Shown in pieces: positions 40,348-53,200 of a DNA stretch of 64,000 nucleotides (within the stretch, counting starts at the first letter, position 1; each line of letters opens with the position of its first letter). The DNA is from Nemertoderma westbladi (Eukaryota; Animalia; Xenacoelomorpha), in contig JAUCBJ010009163.1 in the NCBI GenBank assembly GCA_032718475.1, forward strand, positions 1 to 64,000, in the 5' to 3' direction. The notes beneath the pieces were generated by a model. It made no database searches, was not told the DNA's origin, and was given only the letters and a program-made list of their open reading frames with translations. The position numbers and the translations under genes are program-made.

Positions 40348-42890
40348 TTTGTACAATACTGCTACGTATGCGAAGAAGAAGGTAATTCAATCGAGAATTC
40401 CTGCTCCTCTTCTGGGATCGAGTTGGAACGTTGTACTGCTGATACTAACTTTCAGGGATGTTGGGTCAGTGAATTACTTATAATATGAACCTAATTTACC
40501 TTACATACCTTCCATTACACGAAGTAGGAACTTCGCGCAACACGTGTCATAAACTTATATTAAGTGTCAACTCGAAATAAGCAAAGTATAAGCAGATATC
40601 CGCTAATCACTTATACACCCCAAGCGGCAGACTGGGTTACTGCGGACGGTTTAATACCCCAGAAATACTCGGCCGTCGGCCTGGTGTCTAGAATATAGTT
40701 AGTTAGTTAGTTATTATTGACCTGCATGAGGTCCAATGGATTTAAATATACGCTTTTACTGACACTGACAGACCAAACACTCTCATAATATAAATAAGGA
40801 CCGGTTAAATGTTGCGAATCCTAAAAAGGTACCAGCCGCGGCACTCTTGAAAACATAAGAGAATAACACCAATCAAGATCAAAATAATGTGTATATACTA
40901 ATAGAGAACTCAAACGTTACGTACAAATAAATTAGTAATTAGAGTTAGAAAAATATATCGCTTACTTAATAATAAAGGTTCTAAATCAAAATACAATAAA
41001 TTACAATAAAATATCTAAATTTCTAACACTTAACAGTTCATATGTATATGTTTGGAATGTATTGGAACACTAGATAGTTCTGTGGATGGGGACGTGTATT
41101 CTAATGATAATCTATTTCTAAATTGGATCAATAAAAGGGCAAACGCAAATATCATTTGATTCAGATTGAGGCGAGCCACGCATGCAAATACGTCGTTCAT
41201 AAAGGACTCGATTCCATCTCCCTATTTCTACACTTTGATTGGTCGACCGAAGACGGAACCTGGTCCGCGCTTTGCGATGTGATTCGTAGATATCCAGCTG
41301 CGGCCGTGTATAAATGGTTGACGTCACGAGTGAAGGATTAAATGATTTGTAAACCATATTTCTAGTTGATCCGCTTATAAACACTCGGTTGTGTAGTTCG
41401 GACAGCTTCGTGTGGGTTGGGTCATCTTGTCAGTTTAAATGGCCTGAGATGACCCTACCCATTGGGGTCCAGCTTCGCAAACGAACTCAATCACGAAAAC
41501 TGCGGGTCTGTGCAAGTTTCTCCTAGCCTTGAGTTTACCCAAAAGATTTCGTTGGCTAGTCAGAAACATTGGCCAAGGCTCCCGTTAACCAGATTCAATG
41601 TACAATAATATCTCTATAAGTGTTGTTACGCACACATAAAGCAGCGCACAGTAGATTATTGTAATGTACTACAATAGCGGGAGCGGCGTTGCCTATCTAC
41701 GTATCAGATCCATAACAGATTGCCGATATCAATGTGGCACAAAAAACTTTCAGTTTCACACCTGTACAAATTGTTAAATACATTTATATCGTGTTTCTCA
41801 TCAGAAGTGATTTTACCAATAACCATAATTTTGTTTTTTTATGGTTTATAATCATTCCCGACTATGCACAAAAATCTAATAATATACCACGTTTTTTTAC
41901 ACAACGGTCACGGCTGGTTGCTAAAATTATAGAGTCATCGATAAGAATTAGAGAGTGCAGCGAATCTGAAAAGCCATCTGGGGTACAAAGCCGTAGCATT
42001 CGTACATATAAACGGGTTTATACATAAAGGTGAATAAAAAACAGCTACTGGGTGAAGCTTGTAGAACTCCTATGTTGGTGCTTATATAAATGGAACCTAG
42101 AATACTCTTAGCGCCAGAATATAAACATACAATGTGGTAAGCATCCTGCCACCGCATCACTGGAGCTTTTGCCGATGTAAATTCCAAGTTAAATATTATA
42201 TAGCCGCCTCCGCTTTACAGGGCATTTCGTTCGCCATGAAGACCAACCAGTGCATAATCTTGTGCTTTGGCAGCCCCATGGAGAAAATAATCATGGTTGA
42301 CTAGACAGCCAATGACTTTCTTGAAAAGCCTCTTAAAGGACACTTTCCTTGAAGATGCGGATGATCTTGCAAATATGATGTGTGATAGGGAGTTGTGGCG
42401 GCGCAATTTTATCGACAAGCCGGCACATTTGAAATTGTGCTAATAATTTGAGTGGACCTGATCATTAGGTTTAGTAATAATTAAATATACGTACATACAT
42501 AGATACATACATACATATACACCATTATGCATTGCATATAGTAGCAACTACATGTTTATAGTGAATAAATATTGAATAACTAATAATTCCCAGGTCGGTA
42601 AACGTGGAACTCTGAACGCCACTAGCGGAGAGGTGACTGTCGTCTACTACAGACAGTGCGGCGGTATCTGTACTGACCATTACGTTGTGCACGAGGGAAC
42701 TGTTGACGTCACTCGTTGCTATGAGACCTTCGACAAGAACGGAAACGCTATTGGATACGAGTGTTTGGCGTGTTGCCGGGGCGACCAATGTAATTCATTC
42801 GCATTCTCAGGAACAACCCGGACTGTTACGGAAACTAATGGAATTATTCTTTATTTTTTTGTGATGTTGATTTTCAATATTTCGCAGTAA
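40348..42890 (+). CDS. Host Ly6/uPAR (three-finger) protein, probably GPI-anchored; exons 40348-40464 and 42594-42890
   Basis: Canonical ag/gt phase-0 junctions join FVQYCYVC...C...C...GCW to VGKRG...CLACCRGDQCN plus a hydrophobic tail. The signal-peptide exon was not identified. Confidence 0.8.
40900..42420 (-). mobile_element. Decayed, 5'-truncated non-LTR retrotransposon in the LU-gene intron (clade unresolved, ends approximate)
   Basis: RT motif remnant IGVLQASPSSCFLF (41948-42187) and C-terminal TRFRLRS...EIGRWNR...ERRIC...CPF (41118-41384). Confidence 0.65.
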
Positions 42891-43589
42891 ACTATTGTAT
42901 ACTGATATGTGATTTACTTTGGCAATAATGTAGCTTTCGTCGGACTGTTATATCTTTATGGATCTAAAAAGATTATTTAATGTGATATAAATAGTCAACA
43001 GAAACAACGGATTAAATAATAATTAATATAATAAAATATTGTAAATCCCACCATCTTTTTTGTTTATTTGACCCGAAACTAGGTTGTCCGTCTCACATAT
43101 CCTGGGACCTATCCAATAAAACTACATCCATAATTGATATCGATAAGTCCAATCCTGTCAGTCAGTCAGTGGTCATCGAGAGTCAGCAGGGAAAACCTAA
43201 AAATTACATGATTCCAATCTACATAAGCAGTTTGAGTAAATCCCGTATGGGCTATTTGAAAGAAATTGTAGAAATTAAATATACTGTTTGGTCCTGCTTA
43301 CTTAATTCTTATTTAATTGTATATTTCAGAATAATTTTTAGAGAATAATAATTTTTAATTTTTTTCATTTGTTCAATTGGATAATATTCCGACTCGTCTA
43401 CACGTTTTGTACCCCAGATTTAAAATAAATTATATTACTGTAATATTAAGGAAGAATTAGTGATTTAATTTATTTTGCATAAATTATGCTAATTAGGTCC
43501 AAATTTGAAAAAAATTAAACTTTGAGCCACAACGAGCAACAATGGGGAACAATAATAATACACATCCTGACTATTTGATAATGGATAAA

Positions 43590-43740
43590 CAGTAACTACA
43601 ATATGTAGCAGTAACTACAGTAACAGTAACTATAATACACTAACTACAGTAACAGTAACTATAATACAGTAACTACAGTAACAGTAACTATAATACAGTA
43701 ACTACAGTAACAGTAACTATAATACAGTTACTTAACAGTA
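43590..43740. repeat. ~29-bp tandem repeat (CAGTAACTATAATACAGTAACTACAGTAA)
   Basis: Four to five direct units. Confidence 0.85.
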
Positions 43741-43777
43741 CATCACTATGTAGATTAAAGATTCATTATACAGTATA

Positions 43778-44693
43778 CACCATGTCCCAGAATATAGTGT
43801 CGTAATTCAGTGACACGGCCCCCCCCCCCCCCCCCCCCCCCTAATTTTTCTACAAATCTTAATGAGATTGCATGAAATTTGAAACAGAGATAGTTTCACC
43901 TCCCGACCACTGACTGGGTGAGCCAGAATTTTTATTTTTGCTTTCAATCTTTAGTTACAAGCGTTTAAAAAAGTGTCTCCAGCGATATTACACCAGTTAC
44001 ACCGCAGTTATTCTTCTACCTTATAGCTGTTTGTTGGTACCAATGGAAAGCTGGTCATGCAAGGATTCCAAATATGTAACACAATTTGAATTTCGTTGAA
44101 AAATAGCTGAGATATGGGCGTTCAAATGTTGCATGGTTTTGCACAGGCGCGAGGCTATTTTAATCTATTTTATAAATAAACCATATTCTGGAACATTTTT
44201 AAATGTATGAATAGCTACATAATAGTATGATTAAAAATGTAATGTTGCCCAGCTACGTATTTGGATAAACAAAATATTCCAGATTATGATGTATTTATTA
44301 AATAGAATAAAATAGCCTCGCATAGGTGCATAACCATGCAAAATTTGAACGCCCATATCTCCGCTATTTTTCATCGAAATTCAAATTGTGTTACATATTT
44401 GGAATCCTTGCAGGGTCAGCTTTCCATTGGTACCAACAAACAGCTATAAGGTAGAAGAATAACTGCGGTGTAACTGGTGTAATATCGCTGGAGACACTTT
44501 TTTAAACGCTTGTAGCTAAAGATTGAAAGCAAAAATAAAAATTCTGGCTCACCCAGTCATTGGTCGGGAGGTGAAACTATCTCTGTTTCAAATTTCATGC
44601 AATCTCATTAAGATTTGTAGAAAAATTAGGGGTGGGGGGGGGGGGGGGGGGGGGGCGTCACTGAATTACGACACTATATTCTGGGACATGGTG
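43778..44693. mobile_element. Palindromic Tc1/mariner-type MITE (916 bp)
   Basis: TA on both sides; termini CACCATGTCCCAGAATATAG / CTATATTCTGGGACATGGTG; inverted arms ~400 bp each; no ORF. Confidence 0.9.
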
Positions 44694-44816
44694 TAATGTA
44701 ATAGTAATTTATACTAAACATCATATCCTGCAATTGTTGTCGTTATTGAGGCGCCACCGACCCCCCCCCCCCCACCAAAAAAAAAACAAAAAAAAATTTA
44801 CGCAATGCCGGTAGGC

Positions 44817-45085
44817 AACTTTTTTGTCGAAACGAATCTTTTTGCCGAAACGCGAATTTTTTGACGAATCGCGAATGTTGCCGAAACGCAAATTTTATTT
44901 CTGAATCGCGTCTTTTTGCCAAATTGCGACTTTTTATTGCGACTTTTTTTGCCGAAACGCAAATATTTTGCCTAAACGCAAATTGTATTGCTGAATCGTG
45001 ACTTTTTCCAAATTGCGACTTTTTGCCGAAATGCATCTTTTTTGCCGAAACGTAACGTTATTGCCGAATCACGACTCTTGCCGAA
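44817..45085. repeat. Degenerate short-period tandem array (TTTTTGCCGAAACGCGAA-like)
   Basis: Many imperfect ~16-19-bp units. Confidence 0.75.
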
Positions 45086-45957
45086 CGCAACCGTTGCCAT
45101 AACGCGGTGTATCTGTCTGTGACCGATAATCATAAGAATGTAATTTAATGTGATAACTAACACACAGTGATATCTACTTAGTTACTAATAATTGTTCTAT
45201 AAAGGTTTTAATACTTGCCGCCTTTGATTGCCTTTATGAGACTTTATTTATTGCATCAGCTCTTTTCCTTTCGCCAGTAAATCCAACGGACGCCTGCGAG
45301 AATGAAGGGAAGTTGTAGCACATCGAGTGTGGGTTAGATATTTCCTTATGTTAGCGTATTCAATTCCGCTAGCAAGCCCCATAAAGTGAGCTTTAGGCAA
45401 TATTGGGAACACGAGGTTGATATCCAATATCAACCTCGTATCACCCCAATAAAGTGGGGACAAGAAAACCCCAGAGGACATACGCACAACAGGGGTCAGG
45501 GGTTACACCCCTGAGAGAGAGAGGGAATAACAGGAGCAACGGGAAACACTCCAGGGAAGGTAAAGGGGCGACAATTAGGATATTAGCCAATAGGGGGGAA
45601 GCATCGACTGGGTAGAGCAATATGGCCATCTGTGCAATATATTACCGGTCCATGCATTATTTCATTCACTTGTAGTAAGTCAGCTAGTTAGGACAGTAGC
45701 GGAACTCTAGTTACCGTCTCTGTCTCCGTCTACTGCCATACAATATATCATTTACTGGTACATTATACACCATTCTCTTCAACCGTGCTGTAACCTATCA
45801 TTGATTATACTATATGCATCGATCAACCAACAATCGAACTCTCTTTATATCTTTCACACACGGCGGGGACGCGTAAGCTAGAAACCAAAACCGGATAAAC
45901 CGGGATCCTCCGTAGATCCCGTCACAGTAACTAGAACGACTACTGCCTGGCTACAAG

Positions 45958-47492
45958 ATGAGCCGAATAGGAGAGACGACACCGCCGCGGACCCCGGACG
46001 GCGATCTAACGATCCGAGAGGCCACAACACGATGGTATAGGCCCACGACACCGGACCCATCGCCAAAGGGTGACCCGGTGATCCAACACGAGGGGAGCCG
46101 TCTACAACTAGAGGACGAGTCGGGAGGAGAGAGAGACGAGTCAACACACGACGGCGGTCGACGTGCCAGTGTCGCTGGCCAGCCACAGGCCGAGGGCGAC
46201 GGACGGCCCACCGGAACGGCGATGGTGGGGCCGCCGGTACGACGCTGGACCCAGAGAGATAGAGGAGATGTCAGCGATCGACTTCGACGGGCCTACAACG
46301 CGACCCGGAAACTACTTAAGGAGGCCAAAGAGGGGGCCCAGATAAACGAGGTAAACTTGAAGAAAAGACTAGGTGAGTCGAACGAACACTTTGACTATCT
46401 AAAGCGTTTTGGGCAGGGAGAACTAGCCAGCGAGAGAGCGAGAGGGGTTGCCACCGAACTGTTTGAACTATGGGAATGTAGGGGTATGGAACCTAGCATA
46501 GTGTACGTAGGGCCATACTTAGTCGATGCCCGGGGAATAAAATTAGTAGGTTGGAGGAAACCACAGGAGGGCGAATCCGAGGTTAACCCCGAGGATTCGG
46601 TCTCGTCGGTCGGAGAAAGTTCCGGAAAAAGGGGGGGGGGTTAGTAGGACCGGAAGGTGGAGGGAATCCATCACAACCGATAAGTCTGCTACATCCTCCG
46701 TAAAAGAAAGACGGGTGAGGGAAATAAATGCGGCGTGTCATCTTGAACTGATAGCGCAAGACCAGAGAGAAGTAGAGAGACAGTTAGAGGAGGGGAGAGT
46801 GCTATTAGAGAAAGAAATTGAACTTGTTAGAGAGACCGGAGAGAGGGCCGAGAAAGCCGCAAGAAACTTTAGGGAGTGTGAGGAAATAGGGAGGAAGGAA
46901 CAAGAAGAGCGTGAGGCGAGAGAGGAGTGTGAACGTAAAGATCGCGAGGCAGAACGAAAAGAGCGCGAGGCAGAACATAAAGAGCGTGAGGTGGCAAGGG
47001 AGGTGAAACGAATGGAGAGAGTTGAGAGAGAGAGGGATTTGGCCGAGCAGAGCGCGCGGGAGAGTCGGGAGAGAGCAGCAGAGGGGAAGCGTGTGCGGGA
47101 TGGTTTACATGCCCGCCTAGGGGGGCTTATTCAGTACCAAACCAAACAGAAGCGCAGACTGAAAATGGCCCAGATGGGGCTGTCAGAGAGTGACGCTGGC
47201 TCGAGTGCTTTCGAGGAGCCAAGGGTCGAGGAAACATTTATTAATACCCCACTTACAGGGACCGCACGACAGACCCGAGACTGGTGTAACCGTAAGGGCG
47301 GGGGGGTAATAATAATGATACAGTAGACAACGTTAATATTAATAGTACCGTACTAGATAATTCTAATCAAACCTTTATTGCAGGAAATAATATTTTGCCC
47401 GACAGTAGTAATTTAAATCCGAATGATTCTAATATTAATGTAGAAAATAATTCAAATAATTTAAATCTAAGTCCGAATTTACAAAATAATTC
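45958..47492 (+). pseudogene. N-terminal gag-like fragment of a fourth LTR element (D), interrupted by C
   Basis: Purine-rich ORFs 45958-46644 and 46715-47326 (PEDSVS motif, E/R coiled coil) broken at G-runs; an Asn-rich open frame continues ~47304-47492 up to C's LTR. Confidence 0.55.
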
Positions 47493-49202
47493 TATAGAAT
47501 TATATTCCCTAAATGCCGTGGATTTCCAAAATTTTATTTTATTCGAATTAACTTTGTAAAGATTGCTTTGAGTTCTCATTAGTATTGGTTCTATCTATTG
47601 TACATCTATCGGTCAAGTGGTTCAGTAGCTCAGTTGGTAGAGCGTTGGAAATTATAAGTGTAGTAGGTATCGAGTTCGAATCCTAGTAAGTGCGAATTAT
47701 TTTTTGTGCAGAATTTCAACTCATTTAAATTAACCGCTACAAATTAATTGCATTTATCTGTACCAATGAGGCTGTAGTTATTTGATTGTAACCAATGTCG
47801 TGCAAGTTATATATTAGCTGGACCAATAGCTATCTTTAAAACCTTGTTAGAACCCATAGAACAATCGAGAATTTTCTCGATTGATTGCGGCACAAATTTA
47901 GTATATAAAGGTGCGATTTCGTTCATTAGTACTACTATTCAATCAATCTCAATCTCACTTGCTGATCTACCTTAACTTTCTGTCTTATTTCAGATTACAT
48001 TGTTTATTGTATAATAGTTATTATATCTTTGTAATAAAAGTCAGAAATACTAGTCACATCTCAGCTTTTCTATCTGTTTCACTATGGTTTCGCTACGGTG
48101 AACAAACTCAGGGACAGGATGGCCAGCTAGAGATCGGGCCGCAGCAATGAACGGGAACATCACGGGAATGTAGACGAGAGACAACCCGCAATACCATTTA
48201 AAGTTATTCGCCCATCGCCTGAAAGGTTAGACAGCGTTCGATCCTTGCTACCTAAGTATAAGACCAAAAGATCAAAGGTAGACGTAGTGACACGCTGCAA
48301 GCCTAAAATTACATCATAGGGACTGTACTGTCTTGATCAGGGAAAACCGCAGTAGACCTTCATATTCCTACGGGGGGGAGGGAGAGAGCATAAGCAGATA
48401 CTAGTACGCAGATAGGACGTAGGCACACCGGTACAAGGCATACACATTGGTTAGGGTGCAGCAAACTGTACGCTTAACTCTTGCTAAGTACAGGTGTGTG
48501 TGCGACTATTTGCCGTACAACGGTGTCCAGTGCATTAGAACTTGTAGGCTAGGGGGGTTGCTGTGTTTTCACCTGAATTGGGATTGTACCGTTCAGGCGG
48601 TAGGGCAGTTTACGCTAGGCGCAAAATAAATTGAGGCTATCAGGGATATACTAACATCTACCGTGTCCCCGCCAACGCCCTAATAGGAAGTTACCCGGAC
48701 TACCTGGGTGACTAAAATTCTAGATAGGAGCCAGGATAGCTATTAGTACCCGTACGCCTACAGTAGTAAACTAACACATCTCTTCTTAGTATCAGGGACC
48801 TGGTACCTAAAATTGCCGAATTCTGGGCGTAGTATTAACCTTATGCCTGAATTTGAGTCCTGGAAATACGCAAGAGGGGAAGGAACCTTATCATTCGTGA
48901 GTATTGGACCTACAAGTTATAAAATTAGAATATTCGTAAAATGCACACCGTACCCAGTAATTATATATGTGAAGGAGCAAAACTGCTTTGACCGTTCAGA
49001 ATTAACACGCGCGCGTTAGAAATTATTTACACCTCAAAATATATAAAATTAACTTTCGTCCTTACTGCACTTTGCTCGCTAGTTAGACATCTCCAAATAT
49101 CTGCCTCTATACCTAGCTAGCGTCCCTTTGCCCAACCATATAAATCACACCGCGGCAAAGTATACGAGCCTCTTAGTCCGTCAGTGAGTCAGCCTGATTT
49201 TA
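47493..49202 (+). repeat. 5' LTR of C (minimum extent; true end not determinable)
   Basis: Near-identical to 62290-64000; CCAAT boxes ~47763, ~47792, ~47823 and TATATAAA 47902-47909. Confidence 0.9.
47619..47705 (+). ncRNA. tRNA-like Pol III unit in C's 5' LTR (A box, B box, T-run)
   Basis: TAGCTCAGTTGGTAGAGC (A box with intact D arm), GAGTTCGAATCC (B box), TTTTTT terminator; acceptor and anticodon stems do not pair. Confidence 0.6.
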
Positions 49203-50234
49203 GGATTCGCTGCGCGGGATTTGTTTTATCGAAGTTTGTCTGCTCGTAGACTGTTCTGCCTCACCGGTTAAAAGAGATCGATACTGCAATATATTCGCTT
49301 ACTTAGGGTTTACTGTTTTGGTGAGAAGGTCGGATTTATGATTTGATTTACAAACTTTACAGTAGGATATTGCAGGTATTGTTACCGTTTCTTCCGATAG
49401 TAGGAATAGGCGTATCTCTCCAATTTAGTAGGAATATGTTTTACTGAACTACGGTTCGGTAGGACTAAAGTTATTTGAAAATTTTGTATTTTGAGGTAAA
49501 AATTTGTATTTGATTAGCTAAGTGCTAATTTTTTGAAATAAAATTTGATTTGAACCGCGTGTAAAATATTTTTGGAATTGAATACCGGTGTTTAAAAGGG
49601 TTTAAATACCATATTGTACCGGTACAAAATTTTTCGTAAAGTAAAACCTAACTCTTTTGTTTTTCAGGATTCAGAACTCATTTCTAGACTGTAACGGGAG
49701 CAAGACCGTGTTTAGCAAGTTTGGGAGATAGATAACTCAACAACTTTGGTTGGGAAAATCGCGTTTCGTCCGCAACGTTAAAAACGGAAAGGTTCACGTC
49801 CGGTTTGTATCTGGGAATCTGTTTTTCTGGAGAATTATTGGAGTGGGTGAGTTTGAAAAGATGCATAAATAAGTTAGGCATTACCGTATTAGTTAAAATT
49901 ATTGTGGGTTCCACTGTCTCAAGTATTTATGCATTCCGTACGATTTCTTTGTTCATTGCTGAATTAGTCCGTATTATTGTATTTAATTTACCTTTTGATA
50001 ACGCATATCGTTATCCGATTTATTTGTTATAAAATTGGCCGCTAGGCTAATTTATTATATACTTATTCCGTGACATTTATTTGCTGTAAAATTGGCCGTT
50101 TAGGCTAATTTTATCCATCTGCTATAAAATCGGCCGGTAGGCTAATTTTATATGACTGTAATTAGTACCGTTTTATACAAATACGGTAAACTCGATACTT
50201 TGACACTCACTTCACTTGACTTACAACTACCGAA

Positions 50235-53200
50235 ATGAGTGACAAACAAGACTATACGAAGAATACACAAACCGACTATGACTCATGTGACGCGGATAAG
50301 TCAGCAGCGGAAGAACCACAGGGGAAGACTCGCGAGCCTACCGAACCTACACCGTGCGCGTCACCAGTACATCCAACGGGAGTACCGGATGCCGTAGTAC
50401 GAGGCGACGGCAGGACCGAGGACTTTCTAACTGTTCCGCAACCTAGATATAGGGAAACGGACATGGTAAGTTCAGCAGGAAGCACAGAAAGTGTGGTTAG
50501 AAGCGTCGGAGGATATATGGCGCATATAACCAGGAGTATTGGGGAAGGCCAACGCATATTAGACGAGTTGACCGCTCCGATGTCTCGATTCGAGTTCTAC
50601 ACCCTCCAGGTTAGAGTACAGAGTAAAGTATATAAGTCCGTAGATAATCTAGTTGGCCTACAAGATCTAGCTAGACAGAGACAGGACATGGATACTCAAC
50701 TTAGAATCCTCGAGAAACTAATGATCACTAGAGAGAAACTGATTCAGTTTAAGTCGACGATTAGACAGATACAACAGGAACAAGCGGACCAGTTGTTAGG
50801 TGAGTCAGTTTCGGACGAATTATTACAACCCGAGGAAGAACAGGAACTGTACCGACTGGATGGACAATTAAAACACCTGACGGACCACTTACGCATGTGC
50901 GGCGAAGACGTCGGCGATTTGGAAACCGTGCCGGAATACACGAGGGAAACTTCACTCGCACAAATCGAATCGGCACCGGGAATACTAAATCAATCATTGG
51001 TAAGTATTCGTAGCGAAATCTGCGAGGGAAGTATAGTCACGTCAGAAGTTGCTCGACAACAGCAGCAGTTCTACAGACAGCAACACGAGATGGAAGAACA
51101 AGCTCAACTTCTAATGATACAAACAGCAGTAGAGGAAGAGAAAATACGTGTTGCGAATGTAGCGAGAATCTCTCATCTGCAGGAACAAGCCGAACTCGAA
51201 GCGGCCGAAATGGAAAGGTTAGAGTTGGACATTGCCCAACAAGCGGCAGCGGCCGAGTTAGCGCAACGAACGGCAACAGCCGAGTTAGAGCGACAAACGG
51301 CAGCGGCAGCGGCAGCGGCAGCGGCCGAGTTAGAGCGACAAACGGCAGCGGCCGAGTTAGAGCGACAAACGGCTGCGGCAGAGTTAGAGCGACAAAGATT
51401 AGTTTCGGAAGCCAGAGTCGAGATGAAGACACGGCAAATAAAAGCCCAACAAGCGATACGATAAGCAGAGTTCGAGGCGCAACAACAACAAACGGAACAA
51501 CGAGAAAAGGAAGTTAAACTTCGTTTCGAACTTGAGAAAAGGGCGAGAGAATTAGCCGAAACCAAGGAAAATCTGGATCTTCTAGCCCGCGATCGATCGA
51601 TGAGATCCCGTGACGGACATGATTTGGACCAGTTAGAGGTAAGACATCGCCAAATTCAGGAACGGAAGAAGGAAGGAAGTGTAGGAGCACCCGGACGGGA
51701 ACGACAATTAGTAAAAGACGTGTGTCAACGATTCCCACAGGTAACTCATATGTTTGCACCGGTCACGACTAAGGAACCTGTTTCGATTGCTGGTAGCATC
51801 GATATCTCTCCTATCCATGGTGTGACGGAACACAGGTTTGTTATTCCGGACAAGTTTACACCGCCAAGAGCAACGTCGTCGCCTATTCCGAGAGTCAAGG
51901 TAAGTAACCCACCGATTACAGATCGTAGTAGTTTATTAGTCGGACCTGCACTACTGACGACAAAACAGGTGAGCACACCTTTGACACCTAAACCCGTTAC
52001 GCACTACGATTACCCAATGACATTTCGGCCTACAAGGCCTTTGGATTCAAACGCGGTCGTCCGACCACCGGTTCAGTTTACGTCGCAATCTACGACTTCG
52101 AGGAAGACTTGTGAGCCTACCGAACAACGGAGAACAATGGAAACGCGACCATTCAACCAGTTTACGTCGCAATCTACGACTTCGAGGAAGACTTGTGAGC
52201 CTACCGAACAACGGAGATCAGTGGACGATGTTCCGAAACGAGCCGTTAGAATTCGAACGACGCAACGGACGCGAGCACGTCGACCACCATATCCAGATGA
52301 TAGTAGTACTTCGAGCGAATCGGATTACCCGAAACGCGAGGTATTTAGAACAGGGGCGGCCGATGAATATAAACGCGAGCGTTCAGACAACTCCTTTGCA
52401 GACAATCCTCCACAGAATACACCAACACAGAAGGCGTTACAACCAACGGACGCAATTAGTACACAACAGTTCGCCGACATTCTGCGACCAGTTGTCAACA
52501 AGTTGGCTCAGATCGAGGAGCGTCTGGAGGAAGTTCAAACCGATAGTTCGAGGAACACCGAATTCGAACACAATAGACACCCGAAGGCACCACAAAGATC
52601 GGTACCTTCAAACCCCACATCGTATCAGGGAAAAGCGCCTAGAAGGGAGAACATCAACCAGGTTACCAACCAAGGACGCGAAACTCTGAACGTTGCCGAG
52701 GAGATAGCGAAATTCGCAGCCAGACAGGGATTGCCGGTACAACAACCACCGAAGTTCTCCGGTAGCTCAAAACACTGGCATACCTTCGTAGACTATATTG
52801 AATCCCAGATCGCCGTGTGCGCCTTTACATCACGAGAGAAGTTCAATTACTTGCTCCAAACGTTGTCAGGAGAACCTAAACGTTTGGCGGAGACTTTCGT
52901 CGGTGTACCAGACGCTTTCGAACTAGCGTACGATCGTTTGACTTCGATATACGGAGGTACAGTGAGTATGGCCAGGTCAGTAATAGAAGAACTCTGTAAG
53001 GGAGGGGCTATCACTAAACCCGTCGACTTACTAAAACTAGCTGACGAAATCAAGAACGCTATCACTACCTTAAGATCAATTGGACAACTTGATTACGGGA
53101 ATACCCCTACAGTCCTATTAAAGATAATAGGACGACTCCACCATCGACTTCGTCGGGAGTGGAGGAAGGTCGAATACCAGCGAGAGGAGCGAGGAGGATT

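Noticed and set aside
44743-45163. ORFs with FRQK/FGKS repeats
   Set aside because: Translation of a degenerate tandem repeat.
47285-47492. TGTAAC at 47285 as the true start of C's LTR or of another LTR
   Set aside because: The segment is absent from the 3' LTR and reads as an open Asn-rich continuation of D's ORF.
47619-47695. Functional tRNA gene
   Set aside because: Acceptor, anticodon and T stems do not pair; only the promoter boxes and D arm remain.
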